Notes under the pieces: model-generated
What the model saw: only the letters and a program-made list of their open reading frames with translations
What the model was told of the DNA's origin: nothing
Database searches by the model: none
Shown: piece after piece, positions 1 to 9,764 of the stretch
How the letters are laid out: each line of letters starts with the position of its first letter
Numbering within the stretch: position 1 is the stretch's first letter
Source: Alphaproteobacteria bacterium
GTDB taxonomy: Bacteria > Pseudomonadota > Alphaproteobacteria > Micropepsales > Micropepsaceae
Reading direction: 5' to 3'
Assembly: GCA_031413635.1 (NCBI GenBank)
Contig: JANOFM010000298.1
Location: 1,107-65,106, forward strand
DNA: 64,000 bases
Position numbers and translations under genes: made by a program

Positions 1-1
1 G

Positions 2-514
2 CACCTGGCGGCGGGCGACTTGATGGACGTTCAGGACGCCTATGTGTCGCTGTTCGACCGCACCCGCTCGATGTCGTTGCATCTCTACGAGCACCTCTAC
101 GGCGAGGCGCGCGAACGCGGCCAAGCCATGGTGCGCCTGCAGACGCTCTATAAATTTCACGGCTTCGCGCATGTGAGCGAGGAATTGCCCGACTATCTGC
201 CGCTGTTCTGCGAGTTCCTGTCCCTGATGCCGGAGCGCACGGCGCGCACCATCCTGTCGGATGCGGCCGCCGTCATCGAAGCGCTCAATCAGCGCGCCGA
301 AAAGCGCGGCACGCCTTATGCCGGTGTCTTTGCCGCGCTGACGAGCCTTGCCTCGAAAGAGGTCGATCGCACGCTGCTCGCCGAAATCATGCGCGGCGGC
401 GGCGTTGAGGACGACAGTCTCGAGGCGCTCGACCGCGAATGGGAAGACGCGCCCGTCACGTTCGGCGAGGGCGATGCGGCGAAAGCCTGCGAACCCATGA
501 CATCGAGAGGATAA
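2..514 (+). CDS. narJ: Nitrate reductase molybdenum-cofactor assembly chaperone NarJ (delta subunit), 5' end cut by window edge
   Basis: The reading frame is open from base 2, with no stop before the ORF-track start at 20. The sequence is NarJ/TorD-like (LPDYLPLFCEFLS). narI follows directly. Confidence 0.8.
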   Translation, partial: HLAAGDLMDVQDAYVSLFDRTRSMSLHLYEHLYGEARERGQAMVRLQTLYKFHGFAHVSEELPDYLPLFCEFLSLMPERTARTILSDAAAVIEALNQRAEKRGTPYAGVFAALTSLASKEVDRTLLAEIMRGGGVEDDSLEALDREWEDAPVTFGEGDAAKACEPMTSRG

Positions 515-519
515 AAGCC

Positions 520-1236
520 ATGTTCGATTATCTCCACCATTTCCTCTTCGGCATTTTTCCCTATGTGGCGCTCGCAATCTTTTTCGCGGGCAGCTTGATC
601 CGCTTCGACCGCGAGCAATATTCCTGGCGGTCGGGTTCGAGCCAATTGCTGCGTAAGCGCCAGCTCGTCATCGGTTCGGTGCTGTTCCATGTCGGTATCT
701 TGCTGCTCTTCGCCGGCCACTTCATCGGCCTGTTGACGCCGCACGAGGTCTACGAGGCGCTCGGCATTTCCGTGCCATCGAAGCAATTGTTGGCCGTCAC
801 CGCCGGCGGCATTTTCGGCACGATCTGCTTCGTCGGCTTGACGATCCTGCTTCACCGCCGCCTGTTCGACCCGCGCATTCGCGGCACCAGCGCGCCGATG
901 GACATCTTCATCCTATGCCTCTTATGGGTGCAGCTGACCTTGGGCCTGATCACCATTCCCTTCTCGCTCCAACACATGGACGGCTCGGTAATGTTGGTCT
1001 TGTCGGAATGGGCGCAGCGCATCGTCACCTTCCGCTCCGGCGCGTCGGAATTGGTGACCGACGTGTCGCTCTCCTACAAGCTCCACATCGTCATGGGCCT
1101 CGTCATGTTCATGGTGTTTCCGTTCAGCCGTTTGGTTCATATCTGGAGCGCGCCGATCTGGTATCTCGGGCGCCGCGGCTATCAGATCGTGCGCACGCGC
1201 AGGCCCTCGTCGGGCGTGCGGAGGCCGGCGCCATGA
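520..1236 (+). CDS. narI: Respiratory nitrate reductase gamma subunit NarI (membrane dihaem cytochrome b)
   Basis: ATG at 520 is in frame with ORF 439..1236, just after the narJ stop. The protein is a multi-TM protein starting MFDYLHHFLFGIFPYVA and ending FSRLVHIWSAPIWYL, both typical of NarI. Confidence 0.9.
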   Translation: MFDYLHHFLFGIFPYVALAIFFAGSLIRFDREQYSWRSGSSQLLRKRQLVIGSVLFHVGILLLFAGHFIGLLTPHEVYEALGISVPSKQLLAVTAGGIFGTICFVGLTILLHRRLFDPRIRGTSAPMDIFILCLLWVQLTLGLITIPFSLQHMDGSVMLVLSEWAQRIVTFRSGASELVTDVSLSYKLHIVMGLVMFMVFPFSRLVHIWSAPIWYLGRRGYQIVRTRRPSSGVRRPAP

Positions 1237-2003
1237 TTACGGTCAATGGAACCGAAATCGGGGACGGCGCAATCCTCGCCGAAATGCAGTACCACCCGGC
1301 GTCCTCGCGCGACGAGGCCATGTCCGAAGCGGCCGAAGCGCTCGTGGTGCGCGAACTGCTGTTGCAGCGGGCTGCCGCGCTGGCGCTGATATGGACGGCG
1401 GACGACGCCGAAAGCGAAGAACGCGCGATCGACGAACTTTTGAGGCGCGAATTGAAACTGCCGCGGCCCGATCCATCAGCCTATCGCCGCTATTACGACA
1501 ACAACCGCGCCAAGTTTCGCAGCACCGATCTGTTCGAGGCTGCCCACATTCTCTATCTTGCCCCGCGCGACGAGCCGCAAGCGCGCACCCGCGCCAAGGC
1601 GTCGGCGGAACGCACGCTCGCGGTGCTGAAGGAACATCCCGACCGCTTCGCCGAAATCGCGAAATCGGAGTCGCGCTGCGCATCGTCGGGTGAGGGCGGC
1701 AGGCTGGGCCAAGTGGCGGCCGGCGAAACCGCGCCCGAGATCGACACGTTTCTGCACGCGCTCGAGGACGGCCAAATGTGTCCCGTGCCGGTGGAAACCG
1801 AGTACGGCGTGCACGTCCTGAAGCTTCACCGCCGGATCGAGGGGCGGCAATTCGCCTTCGAGGACGTCGAGGCGCAAATCGCGCGCGATCTCAACGCCGC
1901 CACCTGGCGCCGCGCGGTGAGTGGCTATATTTCCTTGCTGGCGGCGAGCGCGGACGTGAAAGGCATTTCCGTCAGAGCGGCGATCTCGGCGTTGGTGCAG
2001 TGA
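1233..2003 (+). CDS. PpiC/parvulin-type peptidyl-prolyl cis-trans isomerase, nar-operon associated
   Basis: ATG at 1233 overlaps the narI stop (ATGA). The C-terminal half has a parvulin-like rotamase pattern (FAEIAKSESRCASSGEGGRLGQV...EYGVHVLKL). A PpiC-type gene after narI is a known arrangement in other nar operons. Confidence 0.75.
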   Translation: MITVNGTEIGDGAILAEMQYHPASSRDEAMSEAAEALVVRELLLQRAAALALIWTADDAESEERAIDELLRRELKLPRPDPSAYRRYYDNNRAKFRSTDLFEAAHILYLAPRDEPQARTRAKASAERTLAVLKEHPDRFAEIAKSESRCASSGEGGRLGQVAAGETAPEIDTFLHALEDGQMCPVPVETEYGVHVLKLHRRIEGRQFAFEDVEAQIARDLNAATWRRAVSGYISLLAASADVKGISVRAAISALVQ

Positions 2004-2015
2004 AGCGGCGCAGTC

Positions 2016-3203
2016 TCACGTGACGTCGCGGCCTTCGGGCACGATGTAGACGACTTCACCCAAATCGTTTCTGATGGGGGTGAGAGAAATATCGATCTTT
2101 CGAATGTCGCCCTCGCCGCGGCGAAGCTCGGCCGTATAGCGCACCGGTTCGCCGCGCGCGGCGTCGGCGATCGCGTTCTTTAGCCGCTGGCGCGCGGTGT
2201 CGTCGGGCGCCAGATCGCTGCCCGCCCACGGCAAATCCCATAGAGGCAGGCCGGCCAGCTGGGATTGGCCTTCTGTCATCAGGCGGCCGGCGCGGTTGAT
2301 CTCGAGCACGGCACCGTCTGGCGCGATGAGTCCGATCGCCTCGAACGCATGTTCGAAGATGGCGCGAAAACGGCGTTCGCTTTCCTTGAGTTTTTCTTCC
2401 TGCAGCCTGCGCAGTGTTATGTCGCGCACGTGCGCGGTGTAGGTCAGCACACCGCCGACCGCGACTTTGGTGATGGCAACTTCCATGGGGAATTCATCGC
2501 CGCCTTTGCGTAGGCCGACAACATGACCGCGCTCGTTCATTTGGCGAGAGGCCTGTTTGCCGACACCGAATCCGGCCACGTCGTCGCCATGGCGATGACG
2601 GTAGCGTTCGGGCATCAACATCGGCAGCGGGCGCCCCAACACTTCTTCAGCTCGATAGCCGAAGATCTGTTCGGCCTTCAAATTGAAAAATTCGATCGTC
2701 TGCGCAGCGTCGGCCGAGATGATGCCGTCTTCGGCCACCTGCAGAATGCGCGACGCCTTGAGATGGGCTTCCTTGAAGGACACTTGCTCCCGGCGGCGCG
2801 CCGTATTGTCGCGAAGCGTGATGAAATAGCGCCGCTCGCCGGCAACCTGCCGCTCGACGACGCGCACATCGACCGGCATTTGCTTGCCGGATTTCGTCTG
2901 AGCGATCAGATCGAGAAACCGCGATTGCGCATCGTCGGATTCATGCGCCCAGCGATCGAGCCACTTCATGGCGTCGGCGCGCCGGTCGGGTTGTTGCGGA
3001 ACGAGCATCGCAATGCTGCGGCCCACGACCTCGGATTGGTCGTACCCCAACAGCTTTTCTGAGGCTGGATTGAAATAGGCGACTGTCCCGTCGACCGCCG
3101 CCACGATGATCGCCTCGGGCACGCCTTCGACGAGCGCGCGAAAAAATTCGGGCGAAAGCCGATCCTTGGCCGGTGATTGCGTGTCGCGCGTCGAAACCGT
3201 CAT
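2016..3203 (-). CDS. Cytoplasmic protein with three PAS domains and no recognisable output domain
   Basis: Three PAS-like repeats are visible: FRALVEGVPEAIIV..., ILQVAEDGIISAD..., FRAIFEHAFEAIGLI.... There is no TM segment, kinase, GGDEF or HTH region. Confidence 0.75.
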   Translation of the reverse strand: MTVSTRDTQSPAKDRLSPEFFRALVEGVPEAIIVAAVDGTVAYFNPASEKLLGYDQSEVVGRSIAMLVPQQPDRRADAMKWLDRWAHESDDAQSRFLDLIAQTKSGKQMPVDVRVVERQVAGERRYFITLRDNTARRREQVSFKEAHLKASRILQVAEDGIISADAAQTIEFFNLKAEQIFGYRAEEVLGRPLPMLMPERYRHRHGDDVAGFGVGKQASRQMNERGHVVGLRKGGDEFPMEVAITKVAVGGVLTYTAHVRDITLRRLQEEKLKESERRFRAIFEHAFEAIGLIAPDGAVLEINRAGRLMTEGQSQLAGLPLWDLPWAGSDLAPDDTARQRLKNAIADAARGEPVRYTAELRRGEGDIRKIDISLTPIRNDLGEVVYIVPEGRDVT

Positions 3204-3277
3204 CGTCGCCCTTCGTAGAAATGGACCGGCGCACCCGCCGAGGAGGCGGGCGGGAAGCGCCGATCCGGTCGAAGCCG

Positions 3278-4390
3278 TTATTCCGCCGCGACTTCGAGGC
3301 TCGGCGCGCCGCCCTCCATTTGATGAAGAATGCGCATGTCCTCCGCGATCTTAATCCCCGCCTCCTCATATTTTTTGCGCACGCGCGGCGTGATTAGTCC
3401 GACGCGAGCAATGGCGGGCAACATCAAGTCGTCCAGCGAATGGATCTGTCCGGGCGGCAGTTGCGTCAACACGCCCATGTCCGCCGCCTCGCCGAGACCC
3501 TTGAAGAAGTCGTCGGGGTCGATCTCGGAATTCTTCAAGACTTCCATGAAGCCCGGATCGGCCCGGCTGGCCAACGTTTGCCCGCCGCCGACTTGCGTAC
3601 CCTGGACGATCAGATAGATCGCATTGAACGCAAAGTCTGCCAAATCCTCGCGCGACGCCTCGTCCAGTTTCTTGATCACCGGTCCCAGGAACACATGCCC
3701 GAACGAAACGTGGCGCGACTCGTCGCGCATCACATTAAAGGTCAGCGCCTTCAACAGCGGGCAGTTCGTGGCATGATACATGTTGTTGAAGGCGCCCAGG
3801 GCCAAACCTTCGACGATCATGTTCATGCCGATCATCACTTTCTCGTAACGGTCGGACTTCAGCGTCGCGTCGATCAGCATTTTCAGCCACGGCGTCATCG
3901 GATAGACCATGGCGATCTTGTCGCAATATTTCGCGTAGACCTCGACGTGACGTGCTTCGTCCATGGTCTGGGTCGCGGCATAGAGCTTCGCGTTCGTGTC
4001 GGGCACGGAGTGCGTCACGCAGGCCGCCGTCATCAGGGCACCTTGCTCGCCGTGGAGAAATTGCGACAGTAGCTGGGCGGTCGAATGCGCGGTGAACGTC
4101 TCGCGCTGAGATTTCGACAGTTTCGAGAAGAACGGCATCTTGTGGTACACGGACGATCTGTCGGCGATCAGGGGGTTCGACGGGTCGACCTTTGTGTCCC
4201 ACGGCAGAAGCTCGTCGGAGTCCCACTGATTCTGCTTGGCGCGCTTATAGAGATCCTCGACCTTGCCTTTGCCGAACAAATAGTCGAACGACCACGCGAT
4301 ATCCATCGGATTGCGATATAGATCGTCGGGCGTCATGGTCACCTCCCATTTGCCCTTTTTCACGACTTTTCCGGCTGTTTGTGCCGCCAT
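3278..4390 (-). CDS. Ferritin-like diiron-carboxylate oxygenase/desaturase-like protein, function unknown
   Basis: Two D-E-x-R-H motifs (MDEARHVE, RDESRHVS) are each preceded by a helix carrying Glu (LHGEQGAL, IVEGLAL). A GGAGGA Shine-Dalgarno lies 4 nt before the ATG at 4390. Confidence 0.7.
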   Translation of the reverse strand: MAAQTAGKVVKKGKWEVTMTPDDLYRNPMDIAWSFDYLFGKGKVEDLYKRAKQNQWDSDELLPWDTKVDPSNPLIADRSSVYHKMPFFSKLSKSQRETFTAHSTAQLLSQFLHGEQGALMTAACVTHSVPDTNAKLYAATQTMDEARHVEVYAKYCDKIAMVYPMTPWLKMLIDATLKSDRYEKVMIGMNMIVEGLALGAFNNMYHATNCPLLKALTFNVMRDESRHVSFGHVFLGPVIKKLDEASREDLADFAFNAIYLIVQGTQVGGGQTLASRADPGFMEVLKNSEIDPDDFFKGLGEAADMGVLTQLPPGQIHSLDDLMLPAIARVGLITPRVRKKYEEAGIKIAEDMRILHQMEGGAPSLEVAAE

Positions 4391-4463
4391 GTCATCCTCC
4401 TTGTCGGCAAGACCTGTGTGTGGCTTTCAAGTTGAAGAATGACGCAGGCGTCAATGCGGTGTT

Positions 4464-4477
4464 TTGATTCAAATCAA
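4464..4477. promoter_or_regulatory. FNR/FixK-type box TTGATTCAAATCAA upstream of the diiron-protein gene
   Basis: Perfect TTGAT-N4-ATCAA palindrome. Its proximal edge is 74 nt from the ATG at 4390, the same offset as the ccoN box. Confidence 0.65.
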
Positions 4478-4534
4478 ACGTGATCGCACGGTTTCCGCGA
4501 TTGAGAATGAGTGCAATGGGTCGCCGGCACGTTT

Positions 4535-4855
4535 TCAATATTGCCGTGCAGGCGTCCGCACGACGAGCCCTTCGAGCGTCGGCGACACCTTGATCTGGCA
4601 GGATAGGCGGCTGGTATCCTTCACGTCGAATGCGAAATCGAGCATGTCGCGTTCGAGATCGTTCATCGGCGGCAGCTTGTCGTGCCCACCGTCCTCAATG
4701 TAGACGTGGCATGTCGCGCAAGCGCACGCACCGCCGCAATCGCCATCGATGCCGGGGATGGTGTAGCGCACCGCTCCCTCCATGACCGACAAGCCGTCGG
4801 GCACGTCGACAACGTGCTCGGTTCCCTCGTGTTCGATGTACTTGATTTTGGTCAT
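4535..4855 (-). CDS. Adrenodoxin/putidaredoxin-type [2Fe-2S] ferredoxin
   Basis: 106 aa with a C-x5-C-x2-C...C cluster pattern ([14 protein letters not shown] ... LSCQI). Confidence 0.85.
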   Translation of the reverse strand: MTKIKYIEHEGTEHVVDVPDGLSVMEGAVRYTIPGIDGDCGGACACATCHVYIEDGGHDKLPPMNDLERDMLDFAFDVKDTSRLSCQIKVSPTLEGLVVRTPARQY

Positions 4856-4893
4856 ACGCCCATATGTCTACGGGGTCCATCGGCGGGGACTCA

Positions 4894-4907
4894 TTGATTT
4901 GGCTCAA
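4894..4907. promoter_or_regulatory. Near-consensus FNR/FixK-like box TTGATTTGGCTCAA upstream of the ferredoxin gene
   Basis: One mismatch to TTGAT-N4-ATCAA. It lies only 39 nt from the ferredoxin ATG, so the geometry is atypical and the call is weak. Confidence 0.3.
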
Positions 4908-4942
4908 CCGGGGCAGCTCCGCGAGGCAAAGCGCACCCGGCA

Positions 4943-6196
4943 TCAAAATCGCAGTAAATGCTTCGCGATGAGGTTGCGGTGCGTTTCGTTTGTTCCGGAA
5001 TAGATGCTCGCCACCCGCGTGGCGAGGTACTTGGCCGCCGAAAAGCCGCCCGTCTCGAGCCACTCCGAGGGCAGCTTTGCGCCGGAGAACGCCATGGCGG
5101 ATGGTCCTGCGGCGTCGAGCGCAAAGGTCGCGATCTCTTGGTGCAACTCTGTCGCTAGCGCTTTCAACATCGAGGCGCGCGCGCCGTCGGGATCGCCGTC
5201 CGGTGTCGTGCTGCGTGCCGAGACTTCAAACGCTTCGAACGCCAGCAAACTGCATTCCAACTTGCGCAATCGTTGCCCGCCTTCCGCATCGGTCGACACC
5301 TCGGCGGCACGGCGAAGTGCTCGCCGCAGCTGGCCCGATGTCGTATTGCTAGCGCGTGCATAGCCCATCAACTGCTTGGCGACGGACCAGCCGTCGTTTT
5401 CTTCGCCGACACGGTTCGCCTTTGGGACGCGCACACCGTCGAAGATCACTTCGTTGAACTCGTGATCTCCCGCAATCGAGCGAATCGGCCTGACCGTCAG
5501 TCCCTCGCTTGGCATTTCTATCATCAGGAACGTGATGCCCGCCTGCGGTCGCGCAGCGGATGACGTGCGCACGAGGCAAAACATTCGATTGGCGCAGTGG
5601 GCGCCGGTCGTCCAGATTTTCGATCCGTCCACGACGTAGCAATCGCCGTCGGCGACCGCGCGTGTGCGAAGGGCCGCCAAATCGGATCCGGCGCCGGCCT
5701 CGGAAAATCCCTGGCACCACAGATCGCGGCCGTCCAAAATTGCCGGTAGGTATCGCGCCTTTTGCTCCGGCGTTCCGATGGCGATCAGCAATGGTCCTAC
5801 ATTGCGCAAGCCGCCTGCAAACAAGATGGGCGCATCGCTGGCCGCGCACTCACTCTCAAAGAGCAATTGGCGCCACGTCGGCCACCCCGCGCCGCCATGT
5901 GCGGCCGGCCACGCCGGTGCAATCCAACCCCTGTCGTGAAGCCGCCGGTGCCAGATCCTACAGGCATTGATGTCGGAGTGAACGCCAGTCGTCTTGCGAC
6001 CCGCTTCACGAAGGTCGGCCGTGAGTGACGCCGACAGGAAGCGCCTGACATCGTCTACGAACGCAGCCGGATTCCCGAAAGACGCATCCAAGGCGCCGGG
6101 CAACTGGGATGCACGCGCTATCATCGGTTCGGCGGGGTTGTTCCGCATCGGATGAACGCTACCTGCCGCAGGAAACGCCTCACTGATCTGGGTCAA
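4943..6196 (-). CDS. Acyl-CoA dehydrogenase family protein (FadE-like)
   Basis: ACAD hallmarks are present (WCQGFSEAGAGSDLA, GSKIWTTGA, C-terminal IYSGTNE). The start is uncertain, with in-frame ATGs also at 6151 and 6124. Confidence 0.85.
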   Translation of the reverse strand: MTQISEAFPAAGSVHPMRNNPAEPMIARASQLPGALDASFGNPAAFVDDVRRFLSASLTADLREAGRKTTGVHSDINACRIWHRRLHDRGWIAPAWPAAHGGAGWPTWRQLLFESECAASDAPILFAGGLRNVGPLLIAIGTPEQKARYLPAILDGRDLWCQGFSEAGAGSDLAALRTRAVADGDCYVVDGSKIWTTGAHCANRMFCLVRTSSAARPQAGITFLMIEMPSEGLTVRPIRSIAGDHEFNEVIFDGVRVPKANRVGEENDGWSVAKQLMGYARASNTTSGQLRRALRRAAEVSTDAEGGQRLRKLECSLLAFEAFEVSARSTTPDGDPDGARASMLKALATELHQEIATFALDAAGPSAMAFSGAKLPSEWLETGGFSAAKYLATRVASIYSGTNETHRNLIAKHLLRF

Positions 6197-6230
6197 AACC
6201 AGCCCAACTGGATGGCTGAGACCTGAAGGC

Positions 6231-6244
6231 TTGATCTAGATCAA
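6231..6244. promoter_or_regulatory. FNR/FixK-type box TTGATCTAGATCAA in the divergent ACAD/ccoN intergenic region
   Basis: Perfect palindrome 74 nt upstream of the ccoN ATG (6318) and 35 nt from the ACAD ORF start. cbb3 oxidase operons are classically FixK/FNR activated. Confidence 0.7.
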
Positions 6245-6317
6245 GGAGTGGTTCCGCATTTACCGGCACTTTTGACACCTGGACACCAAGGCACATCAGC
6301 CAGCTCGCGGGAACCAC

Positions 6318-7961
6318 ATGCAGCCTGTTCCAGGCCAACCCGACACGCGGTTCGACCTGATCATCGTACCGGTGCTCCTGGTCTTCTTCTTGGTGCTTGC
6401 CTTTGCGGTCGCTGCGACAACGAGCGACCCGCTGATGTCGATGCAGGCATGGACGTTTATGGCGGGTGTCTGTGTTGCAATCCTCTGGCTCGTGCGGCGA
6501 TACGCCGACGGCATCCCGGACGACGATGTGTCGCCTTATGCCAACGACGTCGTCAAGGCTGGTGTCATCGCCTCGATGATTTGGGGCATCGCCGGCATGC
6601 TGGTCGGTGTCGTCATCGCGCTGCAACTTGCCTTTCCAACGCTATTTTATTTTCCGGACCTACCGTTTTCGAGCTTCGGCCGTCTACGTCCGTTGCATAC
6701 ATCGGCCGTCATTTTCGCGTTTGGCGGAAACGTGCTCATCGCGACGTCGTTCTATGTCGTTCAACGCACATGCAAGGCGCGCCTGGCGGGCGGTCTTTGG
6801 CCCTGGTTCGTCTTCTGGGGCTATCAGATTTTCATTTTGGTCGCCGGTACCGGCTATCTGATCGGGGTCACACAAGCCCGTGAGTATGCGGAACCGGAGT
6901 GGTATGCGGATCTATGGCTGACGTTGGTCTGGGTCGTCTATTTGCTCGTGTTCTTAGGAACGCTCTGGAAGCGAAAAGAGCCGCACATTTACGTCGCGAA
7001 TTGGTTCTATCTCGCGTTTATCGTCACGATCGCCCTGCTCCACATCGTGAACAACCTAGCCGTCCCCGTGTCGTGGACCGGGATCAAAAGCTACTCGCTA
7101 TTCGCTGGCGTCCAGGATGCCCTGACGCAGTGGTGGTACGGCCACAACGCGGTCGGCTTTTTTCTGACCGCGGGCTTTCTGGCGATCATGTATTACTTCA
7201 TTCCCAAACTGGCGCAGCGGCCGGTTTACTCCTACCGGCTGTCGATCGTTCATTTCTGGTCGCTGATCTTCATCTACATCTGGGCGGGACCGCACCATCT
7301 TCATTACACGGCGCGGCCGGTGTGGGCACAGACGCTCGGCATGACGTTCTCGATCATGCTTTGGATGCCGTCGTGGGGCGGCATGATCAACGGTCTGATG
7401 ACGCTGTCGGGCGCGTGGGACAAACTGCGCACCGATCCGGTTTTGCGCATGCTTGTGGTGTCGGTGGCGTTCTATGGCATGTCGACGTTTGAGGGCCCGG
7501 TGATGTCAATCAAGGCGGTCAATGCCTTGTCGCACTATACCGACTGGACGATCGGCCACGTTCACTCCGGCGCCTTGGGGTGGGTCGGCTTCGTGTCGTT
7601 CGGCGCCCTCTATTGCCTGACCCCGTGGCTGTGGCGTCGCGAGCGGTTGTACTCGTTGGCGCTGGTCGAATGGCATTTCTGGATTTCCACGATCGGCATC
7701 GTCTTCTACATCACTTCGATGTGGGTCAGCGGCATCATGCAGGGTTTGATGTGGCGCGCCTATAACGAGTTCGGCTTCCTCGAATACTCGTTCGTCGAAA
7801 CGGTCGAGGCGATGCATCCCTACTACATCATCCGGGCGTTCGGCGGTCTGCTCTATCTCGCGGGGACATTGATCATGGCCTACAATTTGTGGCGCACCGC
7901 AAATGGCGATGTTCGCGCGGCAGAGCCTTTGGCGTTGCGCCCGCAACTCGCGATAGCTTGA
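6318..7961 (+). CDS. ccoN: cbb3-type cytochrome c oxidase subunit I
   Basis: 547-aa polytopic haem-copper oxidase ([15 protein letters not shown] motifs), followed by ccoO, ccoQ and ccoP. Confidence 0.95.
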   Translation: MQPVPGQPDTRFDLIIVPVLLVFFLVLAFAVAATTSDPLMSMQAWTFMAGVCVAILWLVRRYADGIPDDDVSPYANDVVKAGVIASMIWGIAGMLVGVVIALQLAFPTLFYFPDLPFSSFGRLRPLHTSAVIFAFGGNVLIATSFYVVQRTCKARLAGGLWPWFVFWGYQIFILVAGTGYLIGVTQAREYAEPEWYADLWLTLVWVVYLLVFLGTLWKRKEPHIYVANWFYLAFIVTIALLHIVNNLAVPVSWTGIKSYSLFAGVQDALTQWWYGHNAVGFFLTAGFLAIMYYFIPKLAQRPVYSYRLSIVHFWSLIFIYIWAGPHHLHYTARPVWAQTLGMTFSIMLWMPSWGGMINGLMTLSGAWDKLRTDPVLRMLVVSVAFYGMSTFEGPVMSIKAVNALSHYTDWTIGHVHSGALGWVGFVSFGALYCLTPWLWRRERLYSLALVEWHFWISTIGIVFYITSMWVSGIMQGLMWRAYNEFGFLEYSFVETVEAMHPYYIIRAFGGLLYLAGTLIMAYNLWRTANGDVRAAEPLALRPQLAIA

Positions 7962-7974
7962 GGGGATGCGATCC

Positions 7975-8706
7975 ATGTTCAATCACGGCATTCTCGAGCG
8001 TAACTCGTTGCTGTTGGTCGTCGGCATCGTGATCGTGGTGGCGATCGGCGGCATCATCGAGATCGCACCGCTGTTCTACCTCGAAAGCACGATCGAGAAA
8101 GTCCAAGGCATGCGGCCCTATACGCCGCTCGAATTGGCCGGCCGCAAGATTTACGTGCGCGAAGGATGCTATCTTTGCCACAGTCAAATGGTGCGTCCGT
8201 TGCGCGACGAGGTGGAGCGCTATGGACACTACAGCCTTGCCGCGGAGAGCATGTACGACCACCCATTTCAATGGGGCTCAAAGCGGACCGGGCCTGATCT
8301 GGCGCGCGTCGGCGGCAAGTATTCCGACGAATGGCATCGCGGGCATCTTGTCGATCCGCGATCGGTTGTACCCGAGTCGGTGATGCCACCCTACGCCTTC
8401 CTCGCGAAGACAGATCTGAACCTCGGCGAAGCGGAAGCGGAACTTGTGGCCAATCGCATGGTCGGTGTTCCGTACTCGGACGATATGGTGGCAAGGGCCA
8501 AAGCCGATTTAGTCGCGCAGGCGACGCCTGATGTCGATGGAATAGATGCGTTCAAACAGCGCTATCCCAAGGCCGAAGCGCGCGATTTCGACGGCGACCC
8601 GAAGCGCATCACCGAGATGGATGCATTGGTGGCCTATCTGCAGATGCTGGGCACGTTGGTGGACTTCAAAACTTATCAGGCCGATGCGCCTGAGAACCGG
8701 CGGTAA
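7975..8706 (+). CDS. ccoO: cbb3-type cytochrome c oxidase subunit II (monohaem)
   Basis: CYLCHSQ haem-c motif and an N-terminal TM anchor. The ATG at 7975 has a GAGGGG Shine-Dalgarno 9 nt upstream, so it is preferred over the track start at 7966. Confidence 0.95.
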   Translation: MFNHGILERNSLLLVVGIVIVVAIGGIIEIAPLFYLESTIEKVQGMRPYTPLELAGRKIYVREGCYLCHSQMVRPLRDEVERYGHYSLAAESMYDHPFQWGSKRTGPDLARVGGKYSDEWHRGHLVDPRSVVPESVMPPYAFLAKTDLNLGEAEAELVANRMVGVPYSDDMVARAKADLVAQATPDVDGIDAFKQRYPKAEARDFDGDPKRITEMDALVAYLQMLGTLVDFKTYQADAPENRR

Positions 8707-8709
8707 GCG

Positions 8710-8865
8710 ATGAGTTACGACGCGATTGCGACGTTCGCGAAGAGTTGGGGCCTCGTCTATCTAATGGCGATGTTCCTGGGTGTCTGCCTCTATGCGTTTT
8801 GGCCGCGCAACAAGGCGAAGTTCGACAAGGCGGCGCGTATGCCGCTTGAAGAGGACGATCGTTGA
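8710..8865 (+). CDS. ccoQ: cbb3-type cytochrome oxidase small subunit CcoQ (51 aa, not in ORF track)
   Basis: I translated it by hand as MSYDAIATFAKSWGLVYLMAMFLGVCLYAFWPRNKAKFDKAARMPLEEDDR. It has a single TM, sits between ccoO and ccoP, and its stop overlaps the ccoP ATG (TGATG). Confidence 0.75.
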   Translation: MSYDAIATFAKSWGLVYLMAMFLGVCLYAFWPRNKAKFDKAARMPLEEDDR

Positions 8866-9734
8866 TGGCCGGGCGCAACGAAATCGACCAAGCCACCGGA
8901 ACCGAAACGACGGGCCACGAGTGGGACGGCATCAAGGAGTTGAACACGCCTTTGCCGCGCTGGTGGCTTTGGGTGTTTTACGCAACGGTGGTGTGGGCCG
9001 TCGGCTATTGGGTTCTCTACCCGTCCTGGCCGACACTGACGGGGTATGCGCCCGGCATTCTCGATCAATCGCAACGCGACGACGTGGCGCTGGCGATTCT
9101 CCGGCTCCAATCGGCGCGCGAGGAACAGGGTCGCCTTTTGACGAACGCGACGCTGCAACAAATCGAGGCCGACCCGAACCTGCTGCAGTTCGCGCGCGAA
9201 GCGGGGAGGTCGGCCTTCGGCGACAATTGCGCCACGTGCCACGGTTCGGGCGCGCAAGGTTTCAAGGGCTATCCGAACCTCAACGACGACGTTTGGCTTT
9301 GGGGCGGCTCGCTCGACGACATCAAGCGGACGATCCAAGTCGGCGTGCGCGCGACGCATCCCGACACGCGGCTGTCGCAAATGCCGGCCTACGGAAGCGA
9401 CGGTCTGCTGGAGACAAACCAGATCGCCGATCTGACCGAGTATGTCGCGTCGATCTCGGGCTCGAAGGCCGATGGTGCAGCGGTTGCGCGTGCCGCGCCG
9501 CTGTTCAAGGAGCAGTGCGCCGCGTGCCACGGTGAGGATGGCAAAGGCAAGCGCGAGTTCGGCGCCCCGAATCTGACCGACAAGGAATGGTTGCGCGGCG
9601 GCACGAAGGACGCCATTCATGCCCAGATCGTCAGCGGGCGGGGCGGCGTCATGCCGAATTGGGGCTCGCGCCTCGATCCCATGACGATCGATGCGCTGGC
9701 CGTCTACGTTCACAGTCTCGGCGGCGGGGAATAA
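8865..9734 (+). CDS. ccoP: cbb3-type cytochrome c oxidase subunit III (dihaem)
   Basis: Two CxxCH motifs (CATCH, CAACH) and an N-terminal TM. Confidence 0.95.
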   Translation: MAGRNEIDQATGTETTGHEWDGIKELNTPLPRWWLWVFYATVVWAVGYWVLYPSWPTLTGYAPGILDQSQRDDVALAILRLQSAREEQGRLLTNATLQQIEADPNLLQFAREAGRSAFGDNCATCHGSGAQGFKGYPNLNDDVWLWGGSLDDIKRTIQVGVRATHPDTRLSQMPAYGSDGLLETNQIADLTEYVASISGSKADGAAVARAAPLFKEQCAACHGEDGKGKREFGAPNLTDKEWLRGGTKDAIHAQIVSGRGGVMPNWGSRLDPMTIDALAVYVHSLGGGE

Positions 9735-9764
9735 GGTGACGCGCAAGCGCGTCGTGTGTGCGTG

